Assembly (NCBI GenBank): GCA_963719515.1
Contig: CAVRCJ010000003.1
Coordinates: 32,001-96,000, forward strand
Direction of reading: 5' to 3'
DNA: 64,000 nt
Origin: an uncultured cyanobacterium
GTDB lineage: Bacteria; Cyanobacteriota; Cyanobacteriia; CAKZMO01
Within the stretch, counting starts at the first letter, position 1, and each line of letters starts with the position of its first letter. The notes below the pieces were generated by a model, which searched no databases, was not told the origin of the DNA, and worked only from the letters and a program-made list of their open reading frames with translations. A program made the position numbers and the translations under genes. Of this stretch, positions 52,913 through 62,750 are shown in pieces.

Positions 52913-53719
52913 TTAGCGGGTTACCACTGCATCCTCAACGGGAGCCTGACGCGAGATAACGGTGTTTTCCAAAACGCCAATTCCCTCAATGCTCACCCTG
53001 ACGCGATCGCCGATGGTCATTGGCCCGACGCCCTCAGGGGTACCGGTGAGGACGATATCTCCCGGCAAAAGCGTCATGGTTTGGCTGATGTAGGTGACCA
53101 GCGCATCGGGTTTATGCACCATGTCGCTAATGGTGGTAGTCTGAACCGGCTCTTCTGCGTCATTGAGAAACGTCTCTAAGCGAGCGCCAAGGGGCAGCTC
53201 TCGCACAATCCAAGGGCCCAGAGGACAAAAGGTGTCAAATCCTTTTGCTCGGGTCCACTGGCCGTCTTTGCGCTGCAGGTCGCGAGCCGTGACATCGTTG
53301 GCGATCGTGTAGCCCCAGATCTTGCGGCCGGCTTCCTCTAAAGAGCAGCTTTTGCAGCGACCGCCGATTACAACGGCGAGCTCTCCTTCATAGTCAACCT
53401 GCTTTGACTGGGGTGGGTACTGGATATCGTTTTGGCTGGGAAGGACGGAGGTTGAGGGCTTAAGAAAAAGCAGGGGCTCCTTAGGGACCTCTCCCCCCAT
53501 CTCAGCAGCGTGCTTGGCGTAGTTTCGCCCTACGGCAACAATTTTAGAGGGGGCGCAGGGGGAAAGGAGCCTGTAGGTACCTGGGTCTAGCACTTGGTCG
53601 ATGGGCTGCCCCTGAAGCCAGGGCGGGGCGTCTAAGATTTGGACCCGTCGGTCGAGCTGGAGGAGTCCGTAGTGAAGCTGCCCTGCATCGGTTTGAACTC
53701 GTACGTAGCGCTGCGCCAT
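52913..53719 (-). CDS. Fumarylacetoacetate hydrolase-family protein
   Basis: KIVAVGRNY..HA.E, DYEGEL, NDVTARDLQ, KGFDTFCPLGP and TGTPEGVG motifs. Confidence 0.93.
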   Translation of the reverse strand: MAQRYVRVQTDAGQLHYGLLQLDRRVQILDAPPWLQGQPIDQVLDPGTYRLLSPCAPSKIVAVGRNYAKHAAEMGGEVPKEPLLFLKPSTSVLPSQNDIQYPPQSKQVDYEGELAVVIGGRCKSCSLEEAGRKIWGYTIANDVTARDLQRKDGQWTRAKGFDTFCPLGPWIVRELPLGARLETFLNDAEEPVQTTTISDMVHKPDALVTYISQTMTLLPGDIVLTGTPEGVGPMTIGDRVRVSIEGIGVLENTVISRQAPVEDAVVTR

Positions 53720-54361
53720 AGTGCTGTACTGGTGGTGGGTCGTTGTACAAATAAAAATTTTGATATGGAGACGGGCACACGACTCTTTGGTGTACACATG
53801 ATAGATATACACCAGAAGTCCGCAAATGGGCAGCGCTATTGTATGACGACTTTCGGCTGAGCTAAGTTCCCGACCGCGATCGCAGTTCAGGTAAGTGATC
53901 GCAGGCGGGCTCGGTTTGCCATTGAGCCTAGCGCAGCTCAGGTGCGATCGCTCTGCGGCGGAAAGCTACCCGTCCATAATCTGAGATAGCGTGAACTTGC
54001 ACTCACTGGGGAACGTATCTGCCGGAAGCTGGGTTTCGGCGGCAGCTTGCTTAACAGCGTCCGTGTAAGCCTCGGGCAGCACTTTCTCTAGCTGCGGCTT
54101 GAGGCTTGGTGAATCTTTAAGTATTTCGTTGATGCGGCGGCGATGTTCGACAATGCTGCCTGCCCAGCTCCCACTTCTTCTATCGGGCTGATATTGCCAT
54201 TTCAGCAGGTGCAGCAGCAAAATGACCAAGTTGCTTTTAACTATTAGACGGGAAGTCCCGCGCTGTATGCGCAGCATCAGCGTCGGGATGAAAGGCGCAT
54301 GAGCCTCAGGCGAACAATTAAGGAGCGGCGCACTACTCCTTAAGGATGCTACAATCGAGGT

Positions 54362-55643
54362 ATGTTGACCTTGAACTACGCCTACAGAGTTTATCCGTCT
54401 CTTGAGCATGAAGCCCGTATGGTCTGTTGGCTTGAGACCTGTCGCGGCGTCTACAACTATGCGCTGCGAGAGCGAAAGGACTGGGTAAATTCGAGAAGCT
54501 GTGCTGCTAATGCCTGCTCGCTTCAGTCGGAGTACATCATTGCGGCGGACGCGCCATATCCTGACTACTACAAGCAGCAAAATGCGCTGACTGCGGCTAA
54601 GAAGATATTTCCTCACCTGAAGGACGTGCAGTCTCAGGTGCTTCAAGAGCCTATTCGCAGGGTAGAGGCAGCGTTTGCTGCGAGGAAGGAGAGAGGTCAC
54701 GGTTTCCCGCGCTTCAAGAAGTTTGGGCAGTACCGCTCGTTCCTCTTTCCGCAGTTCAAGGAAAACCCGGTGACGGGTAGCCAAATCAAGTTGCCTAAGC
54801 TGGGCACGATGCGCATCGTTCTGCACCGACCTATCCCTGATGGATTCAAAGTAAAGACGGTGCGCATAATCAAAAAGCATTCAGGGTGGTACGCTACCGC
54901 GAGTATTCAAGCTGATGTCAATGTTCCTGATGCCATCCCTGCTGGGGACAGCATTGGTATTGATGTCGGGCTTGAGTACTTTCCTGTCCACTTCCAACGG
55001 CTTGCAGGTAGAGCGTCCGCGCTTTTTCGGTAAGCTGCAGCGCAAGCTTAAATTGCTGCAACGCAGGCTGAAGAATAAGCAGCGGGGCTCGAATAACCGC
55101 GCCAAGCTCATCGGAAGAATTGGACGGGTACATGAGCAGATAGCCGCTTGCCGCCTTGACTGGCAATTCAAGCTGGCTCACAAGCTGTGTGACCAAGCCC
55201 AGATCATCTTCGTAGAAGACCTTGACCTTCGCGTCATGGCGAAAGGGATGCTGGGTAAACACACTCTTGATGCTGGCTTGGGGCAGTTCATAAACCAGGT
55301 CTTGCCGTGGGTGTGCTTCAAGCGCGGCGTCTATTACGGCAAGGTTGACGCTTATGGTACTTCTCAGGAGTGCCCAGACTGCGGCGCTGTGGTCAAAAAA
55401 TCGTTGGGCGATCGCGTTCATCGGTGTCATGAATGTGGGTCAGCTCAAGCCGAGAGATATTGCCGCTGCTCAAGTCATCAACGCCCGTGGAATTTCGGGT
55501 ATTCAAATTGCCTGTGGAGCCGAGGTAGCGGGGATGTGGGAAGCCATATCTAGCCAACTGGCTGCGTTCGCGCAGCGTGCGTGTAACGCGAAGCAGGAAA
55601 CTCATCGGGTGACCGATGAAGCCCGCGCTCTATCCGTAGGATG
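54362..55643 (+). pseudogene. tnpB: TnpB split by two +1 frameshifts (about 54983 and 55445; may be sequencing errors)
   Basis: YAYRVYP, GIDVGL, FVEDL, CPDC..CHEC and PRDIAAA motifs spread over three frames. The ancestral stop is inferred at TG|A 55642. Confidence 0.85.
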
Positions 55644-55685
55644 TTCGCAAAGCGCTTCCGCAGGAAGAACGTCGGGAGTATTCAC
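55484..55685 (+). ncRNA. Predicted omegaRNA scaffold of element 2
   Basis: Shares the blocks AAAT.GCCTGT.GA, GGGG.TG, CTAG.CA, GAAGCAGGA and GAAGCCCGCGCTCTAT with the 48401 element; ends in TCAC. Confidence 0.6.
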
Positions 55686-55961
55686 GGCTTCGTCGTTCCC
55701 GCTTGCCCATATCTTCGATTTCTTCGATCAGATTGGCCCAGTCGACGTGGTTGTAGTCCTGACGGCGTAGCTTGTCCACCGTGGTCGTGATCCACTGCAG
55801 GTAGTCGGTGTCGTATAGCGTTGCCGGGGAGCTGCTGGGTTGGGCTGCTGTCATGGGTCAGGTCGGCGTCAGCAGGTTACTGGTTTGATCATAGCAGGCA
55901 AGATTTTTGAGGCCGCTCATACAGTATCTAGAGATTGCGATCGCAACCGTGGGCGGTGGCT

Positions 55962-58256
55962 CTATGGGCTGGCAGCATCCTTAATCAGTCTGGCAATTTT
56001 GACCAGTGCGGCATCTTGCTCGGGCTTGCTGAGGCTGGCGAGAGGGCGATTTGGGGGGTGTGCGGCCTGGTACTTTTCGATGTCGCTGTCTTCGTAGGTG
56101 CTGTAGCTGATGGGCACCCAAATGATGGTTAGTCCCTCGCGCTCAGCGGCGTCGAGCAGCGGGGGCAGCTCTTTTTCGGCAATGAAGTCTGAGGCGAGGA
56201 AATCTTGACTGACCAGCAGGACGGCGACTTTGGCGGTAGCTAGGGCATGGTCGATTTCTTTACGCCATTCGGTGCCGGGCTGAATTTGAGTGTCGTCCCA
56301 TTTTGTAATTGCGCCTTTACGCATCATGGGCTTGAGGAAGGTCTGCAGCTTTTTTAGCCATTCGACATCTTGGTGACTGTAGCTGACGAAAACTTTGTCG
56401 CGGACTGGCTTTGCTGCTGGCATGGGTGGGCCGATAACATCATCAATGAGCGATCGCACATCCACCATTTCATAGCTTTTATCGCACTCAACCTTTTCGC
56501 GCCGGTCCGACAAGCGCTGCCGCAGTTTGTCGAGCGGGTACAGATGGGGGTTTTGAGTACCTTGGCAGATAGCGCAATTACAGGGCACCAGGGTCTTGTA
56601 CTGTAGACGTTCGTAGCCGTGGTGAATCTTTTCAAACTCGTGGTTGATTATGGTCAGCAGCTCTTTTTTTCGCTTTCCTGAAACGCGAATGTGAATCTGG
56701 CGCTGGTTATACCGTTCGATCACTTCAGCGCGGGCCTCATCTTTCAGCAGCACCAGACCGCTTTTCCAAACCAGCCGCTGCTCCTCAATGTACCGGTGCA
56801 TCTCCACAATGAACCGTGTCACCATGCCCTTGGGCATAAATTCGTAGGCGTAGCGCAGGATGAGGTTCTGATTCTCGTCCCAGACGTAGTCCGGCTGCTC
56901 CACCGGCAGCAGGTTAGGCGCAATGTATGTCTCGGGATCGTTAGGAATCTCGTAGCAGAGCTTGAAGTTGATCATCAGCTGCAGCAGCTCATCGCGCATG
57001 TCGGCGTACTGGCGATCGCTCCAGATTTGGTTGAGCTGAGCGCGGCTGAAGCGACCCTGACTGTTGACCACTTCCTTTGTATCTAGAACGCGATACACCG
57101 CCGCAGTACCCCATTCCGGCTTGAGGATGATCACACGCTTGAGCAGGGGATCGTTTTGGAAATGGAGGCAGACACCCAAATCGTGGAGGTAGTCGCTGAG
57201 CTGAAGCTGGTCATCGCGGTTGTCAAAGCCGTTGCTCTCACAAATTTTGAAGTATTCGTCCAGAGAGATATAATCGCGGGAGTCCATCTCTAGGGTTCGC
57301 CGCACGTCTACCCACTTTCGCGGCAGCGGAGCCCCAACGTGGTCAAGCTGGCTGGCGTAGCGCTGAATGGTTGTCACCAACTCTCCTAGAGCGCGATTGG
57401 TGGCCAGGTTTGTGGCTAGAATCTCCTTCAGGTTAAGAAACTCTCCCCGCAGCTCTCGCTCGTTGACCTGGCAGATGCGCTCCTGCTTTTCGTTCTTGAT
57501 AATCAAAATAGGGCTGCTGTTGCTGAGCAGGTCCACAATGCTGAGCCAGTAGTAGAGGTCGGTATTGTCCTGCCGGGTATCTACGACGAGGACGTAGAGG
57601 GAGCGCTTGGTGAGGAAGAACTGATGGGTAGCGTGGTAGATTTCCTGACCGCCGAAGTCCCAGATATTGAGGCGGAAGGGTGGTTTACCCTCCAGCGGAA
57701 AGTCCCAGCGAATGACGTCAATACCCTCGGTGGAGGTTTCCTTTTTATCTAAGACGTAGTTTCTGTCTTCAATCTTTTTAGCCAGCGAGGTCTTGCCTGC
57801 GCCGCCTTCGCCCACAATTAGGAGCTTGGCCTCGTAGAGGTAGTCCTGCCCTTGCTCTAGCTGCTGACGGCAGTAGTTTAGGATTGCTTCTGTGCCTTTG
57901 CTGACTATTTCCGGTGGTGGGCTCGTTAGCGGGTTGCTTCTGAGGGAAAGCGATTGGAGGTTGGTGAGCTGGCCAATTTCCGGCGGCAGGCTCGTTAGCT
58001 GGTTGCCGCTGAGGTGAAGCGATTGGAGGCTGGTGAGCTGGCCAATTTCCGGCGGCAGGCTCGTTAGCTGGTTGCCGCTGAGGGAAAGCGATTGGAGGCT
58101 GGTGAGCTGGCCAATTTCCGGCGGCAGGCTGGTGAGCTCACACTCCGAAAGATTTAGCTCTGCCCTTTGATCAGCTGCAGCTTTCTCTATCAGCTGCGCA
58201 ATGAACTGCTGGCCTTGAAGCGCTAAGCGAATTTCTTTGTCTAGTCTGTCAATCAT
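55962..58256 (-). CDS. LRR-Roc-COR-TIR (Roco-family) protein
   Basis: LRRs LTSLPPEIGQL; Roc motifs GEGGAGKTS and WDFGGQEIYHATHQFF; COR motifs YLHDLG and FMPKG; TIR motif VFVSYSH..LVS.DFLAS..ELP. Confidence 0.92.
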   Translation of the reverse strand: MIDRLDKEIRLALQGQQFIAQLIEKAAADQRAELNLSECELTSLPPEIGQLTSLQSLSLSGNQLTSLPPEIGQLTSLQSLHLSGNQLTSLPPEIGQLTNLQSLSLRSNPLTSPPPEIVSKGTEAILNYCRQQLEQGQDYLYEAKLLIVGEGGAGKTSLAKKIEDRNYVLDKKETSTEGIDVIRWDFPLEGKPPFRLNIWDFGGQEIYHATHQFFLTKRSLYVLVVDTRQDNTDLYYWLSIVDLLSNSSPILIIKNEKQERICQVNERELRGEFLNLKEILATNLATNRALGELVTTIQRYASQLDHVGAPLPRKWVDVRRTLEMDSRDYISLDEYFKICESNGFDNRDDQLQLSDYLHDLGVCLHFQNDPLLKRVIILKPEWGTAAVYRVLDTKEVVNSQGRFSRAQLNQIWSDRQYADMRDELLQLMINFKLCYEIPNDPETYIAPNLLPVEQPDYVWDENQNLILRYAYEFMPKGMVTRFIVEMHRYIEEQRLVWKSGLVLLKDEARAEVIERYNQRQIHIRVSGKRKKELLTIINHEFEKIHHGYERLQYKTLVPCNCAICQGTQNPHLYPLDKLRQRLSDRREKVECDKSYEMVDVRSLIDDVIGPPMPAAKPVRDKVFVSYSHQDVEWLKKLQTFLKPMMRKGAITKWDDTQIQPGTEWRKEIDHALATAKVAVLLVSQDFLASDFIAEKELPPLLDAAEREGLTIIWVPISYSTYEDSDIEKYQAAHPPNRPLASLSKPEQDAALVKIARLIKDAASP
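57910..58138 (-). repeat. 69-bp near-identical LRR-coding tandem repeats (about 3.3 copies)
   Basis: Unit GCGATTGGAGGCTGGTGAGCTGGCCAATTTCCGGCGGCAGGCTCGTTAGCTGGTTGCCGCTGAGG... recurs every 69 nt. Confidence 0.9.
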
Positions 58257-58505
58257 TTGTCAGCCAATCACGCCACTCCAACACTCTAGCGGCAAAAATC
58301 AGCCGTGAGTAGGTTCCACACTGTGGCCGCGACGCTATCAGCTGAAGTTCCATCAAGGTAGGCAAACCAAGGTAGAAGACGGCTGCGTCAGTAGTTGAAG
58401 GCTGAAGGCGGTCCCCACACCATCACCCACCGCAAGGTTGTTGCAGCCGCCTCACCTCCAGCAGTTCTCAATTTGGCGGATGATGAGCAATCGACGAGCT
58501 GACTA

Positions 58506-58734
58506 CGCTTTCAGCCCACCCGCAGATAAATGATGCTGTTGGCGAATGGGGTGTCAGATCCTTCATTAGAGTTTCAGCTTCGCTTTCACCCCACCCGCAG
58601 CTGAAGCGCGGGCTAGTGGAGGTCACCCGCTCAAGCGGGCTGAACGCACTTCTAGCATATGGTTTAAGCATCAATGCGTTTCTAGAGTCCGCTTTAGCGG
58701 ACGGCGTTCGATAGCCCGCGCTTTTAGCTGCGGG
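58506..58734. repeat. REP/BIME-like palindrome cluster
   Basis: Inverted pair CCCGCAGCTGAAGCGCGGGCTA (58594) and TAGCCCGCGCTTTTAGCTGCGGG (58712), inner palindromes CCCGCTCAAGCGGG and GTCCGCTTTAGCGGAC, and a 20-bp direct repeat at 58506 and 58581. Confidence 0.65.
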
Positions 58735-58951
58735 CGCTTGCGAAGCATAGGCTCTGCCTGAACGCGGGCGAATAGGGGCAAGACCAAACTGAGAATTGCT
58801 ACCTCACCTTCTATTATTGCAGCCGTCACAATTCAAATGTGTCAGCCAACAACGCTAACGTGGCCGCCCTAGTTTCAATCATTGCCGCCACAATCGCTCT
58901 GTAGGCGACAATCACACCTAACCTGTAAGTCCTCTGCAACGGCTATACAGG

Positions 58952-59593
58952 CTAAGTTCCCGCCCGCGATCGCAGCTCTTTGGGTAAGTGATGGCGATCG
59001 CCCAAAATCTTCAGCAGCGGCCCGTGAACGTCGAAAATCACCAGGGACACCGACGCCGTCAGCATCTCGATGCGATCGCGGTAGCGCCCCAGGTCCATGC
59101 CCATCAGGCTGCAGATCATCAGGCGAATGGTGGACTTGTGGCTTACCACCAGCACGTGGCCTTCGGGATGAGTGTCTTCAACTTCAGCGATGACCTGCAT
59201 GGCGCGGCTAGCCACCTGCACCCCGGTCTCCCCACCGCCCGTGGGAGGATTCCACGCGGGTTCCGTCAGCCAGCGCACGTAGTCTTCGGTGTAGCTCTCG
59301 TAGACGGCCTCTTTAGTCTTATCTTCCCACTCGCCAAAGTGCATCTCCTTGATCCCATCGCGAATAATTGGCTCCATGCCGACGCGTTTACAGAGGGGCG
59401 CGGCGGTTTGGCGGGTGCGGGTCATGGGGCTGACGTAAATGGCATCCCAGGGGATATGAGCGTAGGCCTCAGCAAAGGCCTCAGCCATGGCGGCTCCTGA
59501 CTCCGTTAGCCCTAGGTCGAGGGAGCCACAGAAGCCTCCAGATTGGGTGTGAGTGGTCTCGCCGTGGCGTAGAAGGTATAGCTTAAGACTCAT
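58952..59593 (-). CDS. Histidine phosphatase (phosphoglycerate mutase-like)
   Basis: LLRHGET, SPM.R..T, E..FGEWE and VVSH motifs. Confidence 0.92.
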   Translation of the reverse strand: MSLKLYLLRHGETTHTQSGGFCGSLDLGLTESGAAMAEAFAEAYAHIPWDAIYVSPMTRTRQTAAPLCKRVGMEPIIRDGIKEMHFGEWEDKTKEAVYESYTEDYVRWLTEPAWNPPTGGGETGVQVASRAMQVIAEVEDTHPEGHVLVVSHKSTIRLMICSLMGMDLGRYRDRIEMLTASVSLVIFDVHGPLLKILGDRHHLPKELRSRAGT

Positions 59594-59929
59594 GGTAAAT
59601 CGGGTATGAAGTACGGTCAATTACTCGAATTTTTCTAAAGTGAGAATTTCTGAGTCTGTGCAGCCTGTATGTACAGGCCTAATATGCATAGAACTGAATT
59701 TATTGATGGACTTAAATTCATAGAGTGAAATCTATTGATCACCCATAGAATAGGGTATGCCGCGATCGCTCTCCAGAGCGATTGATCGCTTTACAATTTG
59801 GCCAAGTAACCCTCTTCAAACGTTTATTTGGAATTTATCTGAGCGTTTGCCTGAGCGCTTATCTAGGCTTCTGCCTGCACAAGACACGGGTTATGCACAG
59901 TCGTTTATCACTCGAAGGTGACTATAGCT

Positions 59930-62332
59930 ATGACAGTTGCGTCTCGTCCTCAGAATATCACCCTCTCCAACGAAGAACTGAACCAGATTCACGCCTACTG
60001 GCGAGCCTGTAACTACCTGGCCATCGGCATGATTTATCTGTGGGACAACCCGCTCTTGCGTCAGCCCTTAACCACCGAGCACGTCAAACAGCGTCTGCTA
60101 GGCCATTGGGGCACGAGCCCTGGCCTCAGCTTTCTCTACGTCCATCTCAACCGACTGATCAAGGCTCGCGATCTCAGCATGATCTACGTGGCGGGACCAG
60201 GGCATGGGGCTCCTGGCGTGCTAGCCCCGATATACCTTGAGGGCACCTACTCTGAGATCTACCCCAATAAAGCCCAAGACGCCGCCGGACTGCAGCGCTT
60301 CTTTAAGCAATTCTCCTTTCCTGACGGTATTGGGAGCCACTGCACTCCGGAGATGCCAGGGTCGATTCACGAAGGAGGAGAACTGGGCTACAGCCTTTCC
60401 CACGCCTATGGCGCGGCCTTTGACAACCCTGAGCTAATCGTAGCCTGCGTAGTGGGAGACGGCGAGGCAGAAACCGGACCGCTGGCCACCGCCTGGCATT
60501 CTAATAAGTTTCTCAACCCGGCGCGGGACGGGGCCGTGCTGCCGGTGCTGCACCTCAACGGCTACAAAATTGCCAACCCCACCCTGCTGTCGCGCATTAG
60601 CCACGAAGAGTTAGAGGCCCTGTTTCGGGGCTATGGCTACACCCCCTACTTCGTGGAAGGGGAAGACCCCACCGACATGCACCAGCAGATGGCGGCAACG
60701 TTGGAACAGTGCATCGACCAAATTCAAGACATCCAGCACCAGGCCCGCTCGGGGGAAGACGTCAGCCGCCCCCGCTGGCCAATGATCGTCCTCAGGTCGC
60801 CTAAGGGCTGGACCTGCCCTAAAGAAGTGGATGGCCATAAAGTAGAAGGCTTTTGGCGCGCTCACCAGGTTCCCCTCAGCGGCATCCATAATAGCCCTGA
60901 GCACCTGCAGCAGCTGGAAGTCTGGATGCGCAGCTACGGCCCTGACGAGCTATTTGACGCATCGGGGCGGCTCATGCCTGAGCTAGAGGCTCTGGCCCCG
61001 GAGGGCAAGAGCCGCATGAGCGCCAACCCGATTACCAACGGGGGACTGGTGTGCAAAGATTTGCGGTTGCCCGACTTCCGAGACTACGCCGTGGAGGTGC
61101 CCCAGCCGGCGGCCGAGCGGCAGGGGAATACTAAAGTGCTGGGCACCTTCCTGCGGGACGTGATGGCGGAGAACAGGGACAATTTCCGCGTCTTTGGTCC
61201 GGACGAAACAGCCTCTAATCGGCTGAGCGCTATCTACGAGGCCACCAAGAAGACCTGGATGGCCGACATGATGCCCGAAGATCTTGACGGCAGCGAGCTG
61301 GGGCGCGACGGGCGAGTGATGGAGATGCTCAGTGAGCACACTCTAGAGGGCTGGTTTGAGGGCTACGTGCTTACGGGGCGGCACGGCTTCATCAACAGCT
61401 ATGAGGGCTTCATCAACATCATCAGCTCTATGTTTGGCCAGCACGCCAAGTGGCTAGACATCTGCAAGCGGGAGGTGCCCTGGAGAGCGCCGCTGCCCTC
61501 CCTCAACATTTTGCTTTCCTCCACCGTATGGCGGCAGGACCACAACGGCTTTAGCCACCAGGACCCCGGCTTTTTAGACGTGGTCACCAACAAAAGCCAT
61601 GAGGTCACGCGCATTTACCTCCCTCCCGACGCTAACTGCCTACTGTCGGTGGCCGACCACTGCCTGCGCAGCCGCGACTACGTCAACGTGATTGTGGCGG
61701 ATAAGCAACCCCACCTGCAGTATTTGACTATGGAAGAGGCCATCCAGCACTGCACCAAAGGCATCGGCATTTGGGACTGGGCCAGCAGCGACGACTGCGG
61801 CACCGCGCCCGACGTGCCGGATGTGGTGATGGCCTGCTGTGGCGATGTGCCTACCCAAGAAGCTTTGGCGGCCACGTCGATTCTGCGGGAGGAGTTCCCT
61901 GAGCTGAAGGTGCGGTTCATCAACGTAGTGGATCTATTCCGGCTGATGCCTTCCGAGGAGCACCCCCATGGCCTCACCGACGCCGACTTCGACACTTTGT
62001 TTACCCCTGATAAGCCCGTCGTCTTCAACTTCCACGGCTACCCCTGGCTGATTCACAAGCTCACCTACCGGCGTACCAATCAGCACCGCATTCACGTGCG
62101 GGGCTACAAGGAGCGGGGCAACATCAATACGCCGCTGGAGCTGGCGATTCGCAATCAGATAGACCGGTTCAACCTGGTCATTGACGTGGTCGACCGGGTT
62201 CCCTCCCTGAAATCAGCGGCGGCCCACGCCAAGCAGCGGATGCAGAATAAGATCATCGAGAATATTGACTACGCTAGTCGATATGGCGTCGATAGGCTAG
62301 AGATTGCAAGCTGGACGTGGCCTCACGGCTGA
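59930..62332 (+). CDS. xfp: Xylulose-5-P/fructose-6-P phosphoketolase
   Basis: [41 protein letters not shown] and RGYKE.G motifs. Confidence 0.96.
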   Translation: MTVASRPQNITLSNEELNQIHAYWRACNYLAIGMIYLWDNPLLRQPLTTEHVKQRLLGHWGTSPGLSFLYVHLNRLIKARDLSMIYVAGPGHGAPGVLAPIYLEGTYSEIYPNKAQDAAGLQRFFKQFSFPDGIGSHCTPEMPGSIHEGGELGYSLSHAYGAAFDNPELIVACVVGDGEAETGPLATAWHSNKFLNPARDGAVLPVLHLNGYKIANPTLLSRISHEELEALFRGYGYTPYFVEGEDPTDMHQQMAATLEQCIDQIQDIQHQARSGEDVSRPRWPMIVLRSPKGWTCPKEVDGHKVEGFWRAHQVPLSGIHNSPEHLQQLEVWMRSYGPDELFDASGRLMPELEALAPEGKSRMSANPITNGGLVCKDLRLPDFRDYAVEVPQPAAERQGNTKVLGTFLRDVMAENRDNFRVFGPDETASNRLSAIYEATKKTWMADMMPEDLDGSELGRDGRVMEMLSEHTLEGWFEGYVLTGRHGFINSYEGFINIISSMFGQHAKWLDICKREVPWRAPLPSLNILLSSTVWRQDHNGFSHQDPGFLDVVTNKSHEVTRIYLPPDANCLLSVADHCLRSRDYVNVIVADKQPHLQYLTMEEAIQHCTKGIGIWDWASSDDCGTAPDVPDVVMACCGDVPTQEALAATSILREEFPELKVRFINVVDLFRLMPSEEHPHGLTDADFDTLFTPDKPVVFNFHGYPWLIHKLTYRRTNQHRIHVRGYKERGNINTPLELAIRNQIDRFNLVIDVVDRVPSLKSAAAHAKQRMQNKIIENIDYASRYGVDRLEIASWTWPHG

Positions 62333-62358
62333 GTTTTAGCCGGCAAGTCGGTGCCGCC

Positions 62359-62400
62359 GTCGCACCTGCAAACCCCTACCAAAGCGTTTGCAGGCGCGAC
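62359..62400 (+). terminator. Hairpin downstream of xfp
   Basis: 15-bp stem GTCGCACCTGCAAAC...GTTTGCAGGCGCGAC; no clear U-tract. Confidence 0.5.
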
Positions 62401-62750
62401 GTCAGTCTAGATTGCTTAGATCATCCTTAATTTACGCTGAAGTTCAAAAATTTGGTCTTACTGTGGGTAAAGACGCAATGAGGCAGTCGCTCCATCTTGC
62501 AATCCCTCTAAAGTAACGCCATGAGTACAGTCAAGTGATGAGTACAACATGTCAACCGCGCTGCAGGGCGACTGATTAGCTCACTCGTACTTTGCAGCAA
62601 CGACTACAGCTATAGCGCCGCCGGCCTAGAATACTTCTGAATTACTGGTCTTAGGCTCGCCCTAGTTCTTTTTGAAGGGCGATCGCTTTCAGCGCAAGGC
62701 GCATAGCACATTCTTCAGCGTACTATCGATTATCCACAGGGAACCCCTCT

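Larger units (their letters stand above)
54241..55685 (+). mobile_element. IS200/IS605-family (tnpA-less) element 2
   Basis: Starts CTATTAGACGGGAAGTCCCGCGC after TTTAA and ends GTCGGGAGTATTCAC. Removing it restores DUF29. Confidence 0.9.
53966..55854 (-). pseudogene. DUF29-family gene interrupted by IS element 2 (pieces 55686-55854 and 53966-54240)
   Basis: Joining the pieces gives LYDTDYLQW..DW.NLIEEIEDMGKRERRS|LKSNLVILLLHLLKWQYQP in frame. Confidence 0.9.

Noticed and set aside
53966..54880. 304-aa minus-strand ORF
   Set aside because: Chimera of antisense tnpB sequence and the DUF29 3' fragment; not a real gene.
57910..58138. LRR repeats as a DGR template/variable pair
   Set aside because: The repeats are in-frame coding tandems, the differences are not adenine-specific, and there is no reverse transcriptase in the window.
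59660..59800. FNR/CRP/NtcA sites between the histidine phosphatase gene and xfp
   Set aside because: TTGAT half-sites and one palindrome (GCCTGTATGTACAGGC) are present, but none matches a full consensus.
62730..62738. Perfect DnaA box TTATCCACA upstream of glgP
   Set aside because: Single copy with no cluster, AT-rich unwinding element or dnaA/dnaN nearby; not evidence for oriC.
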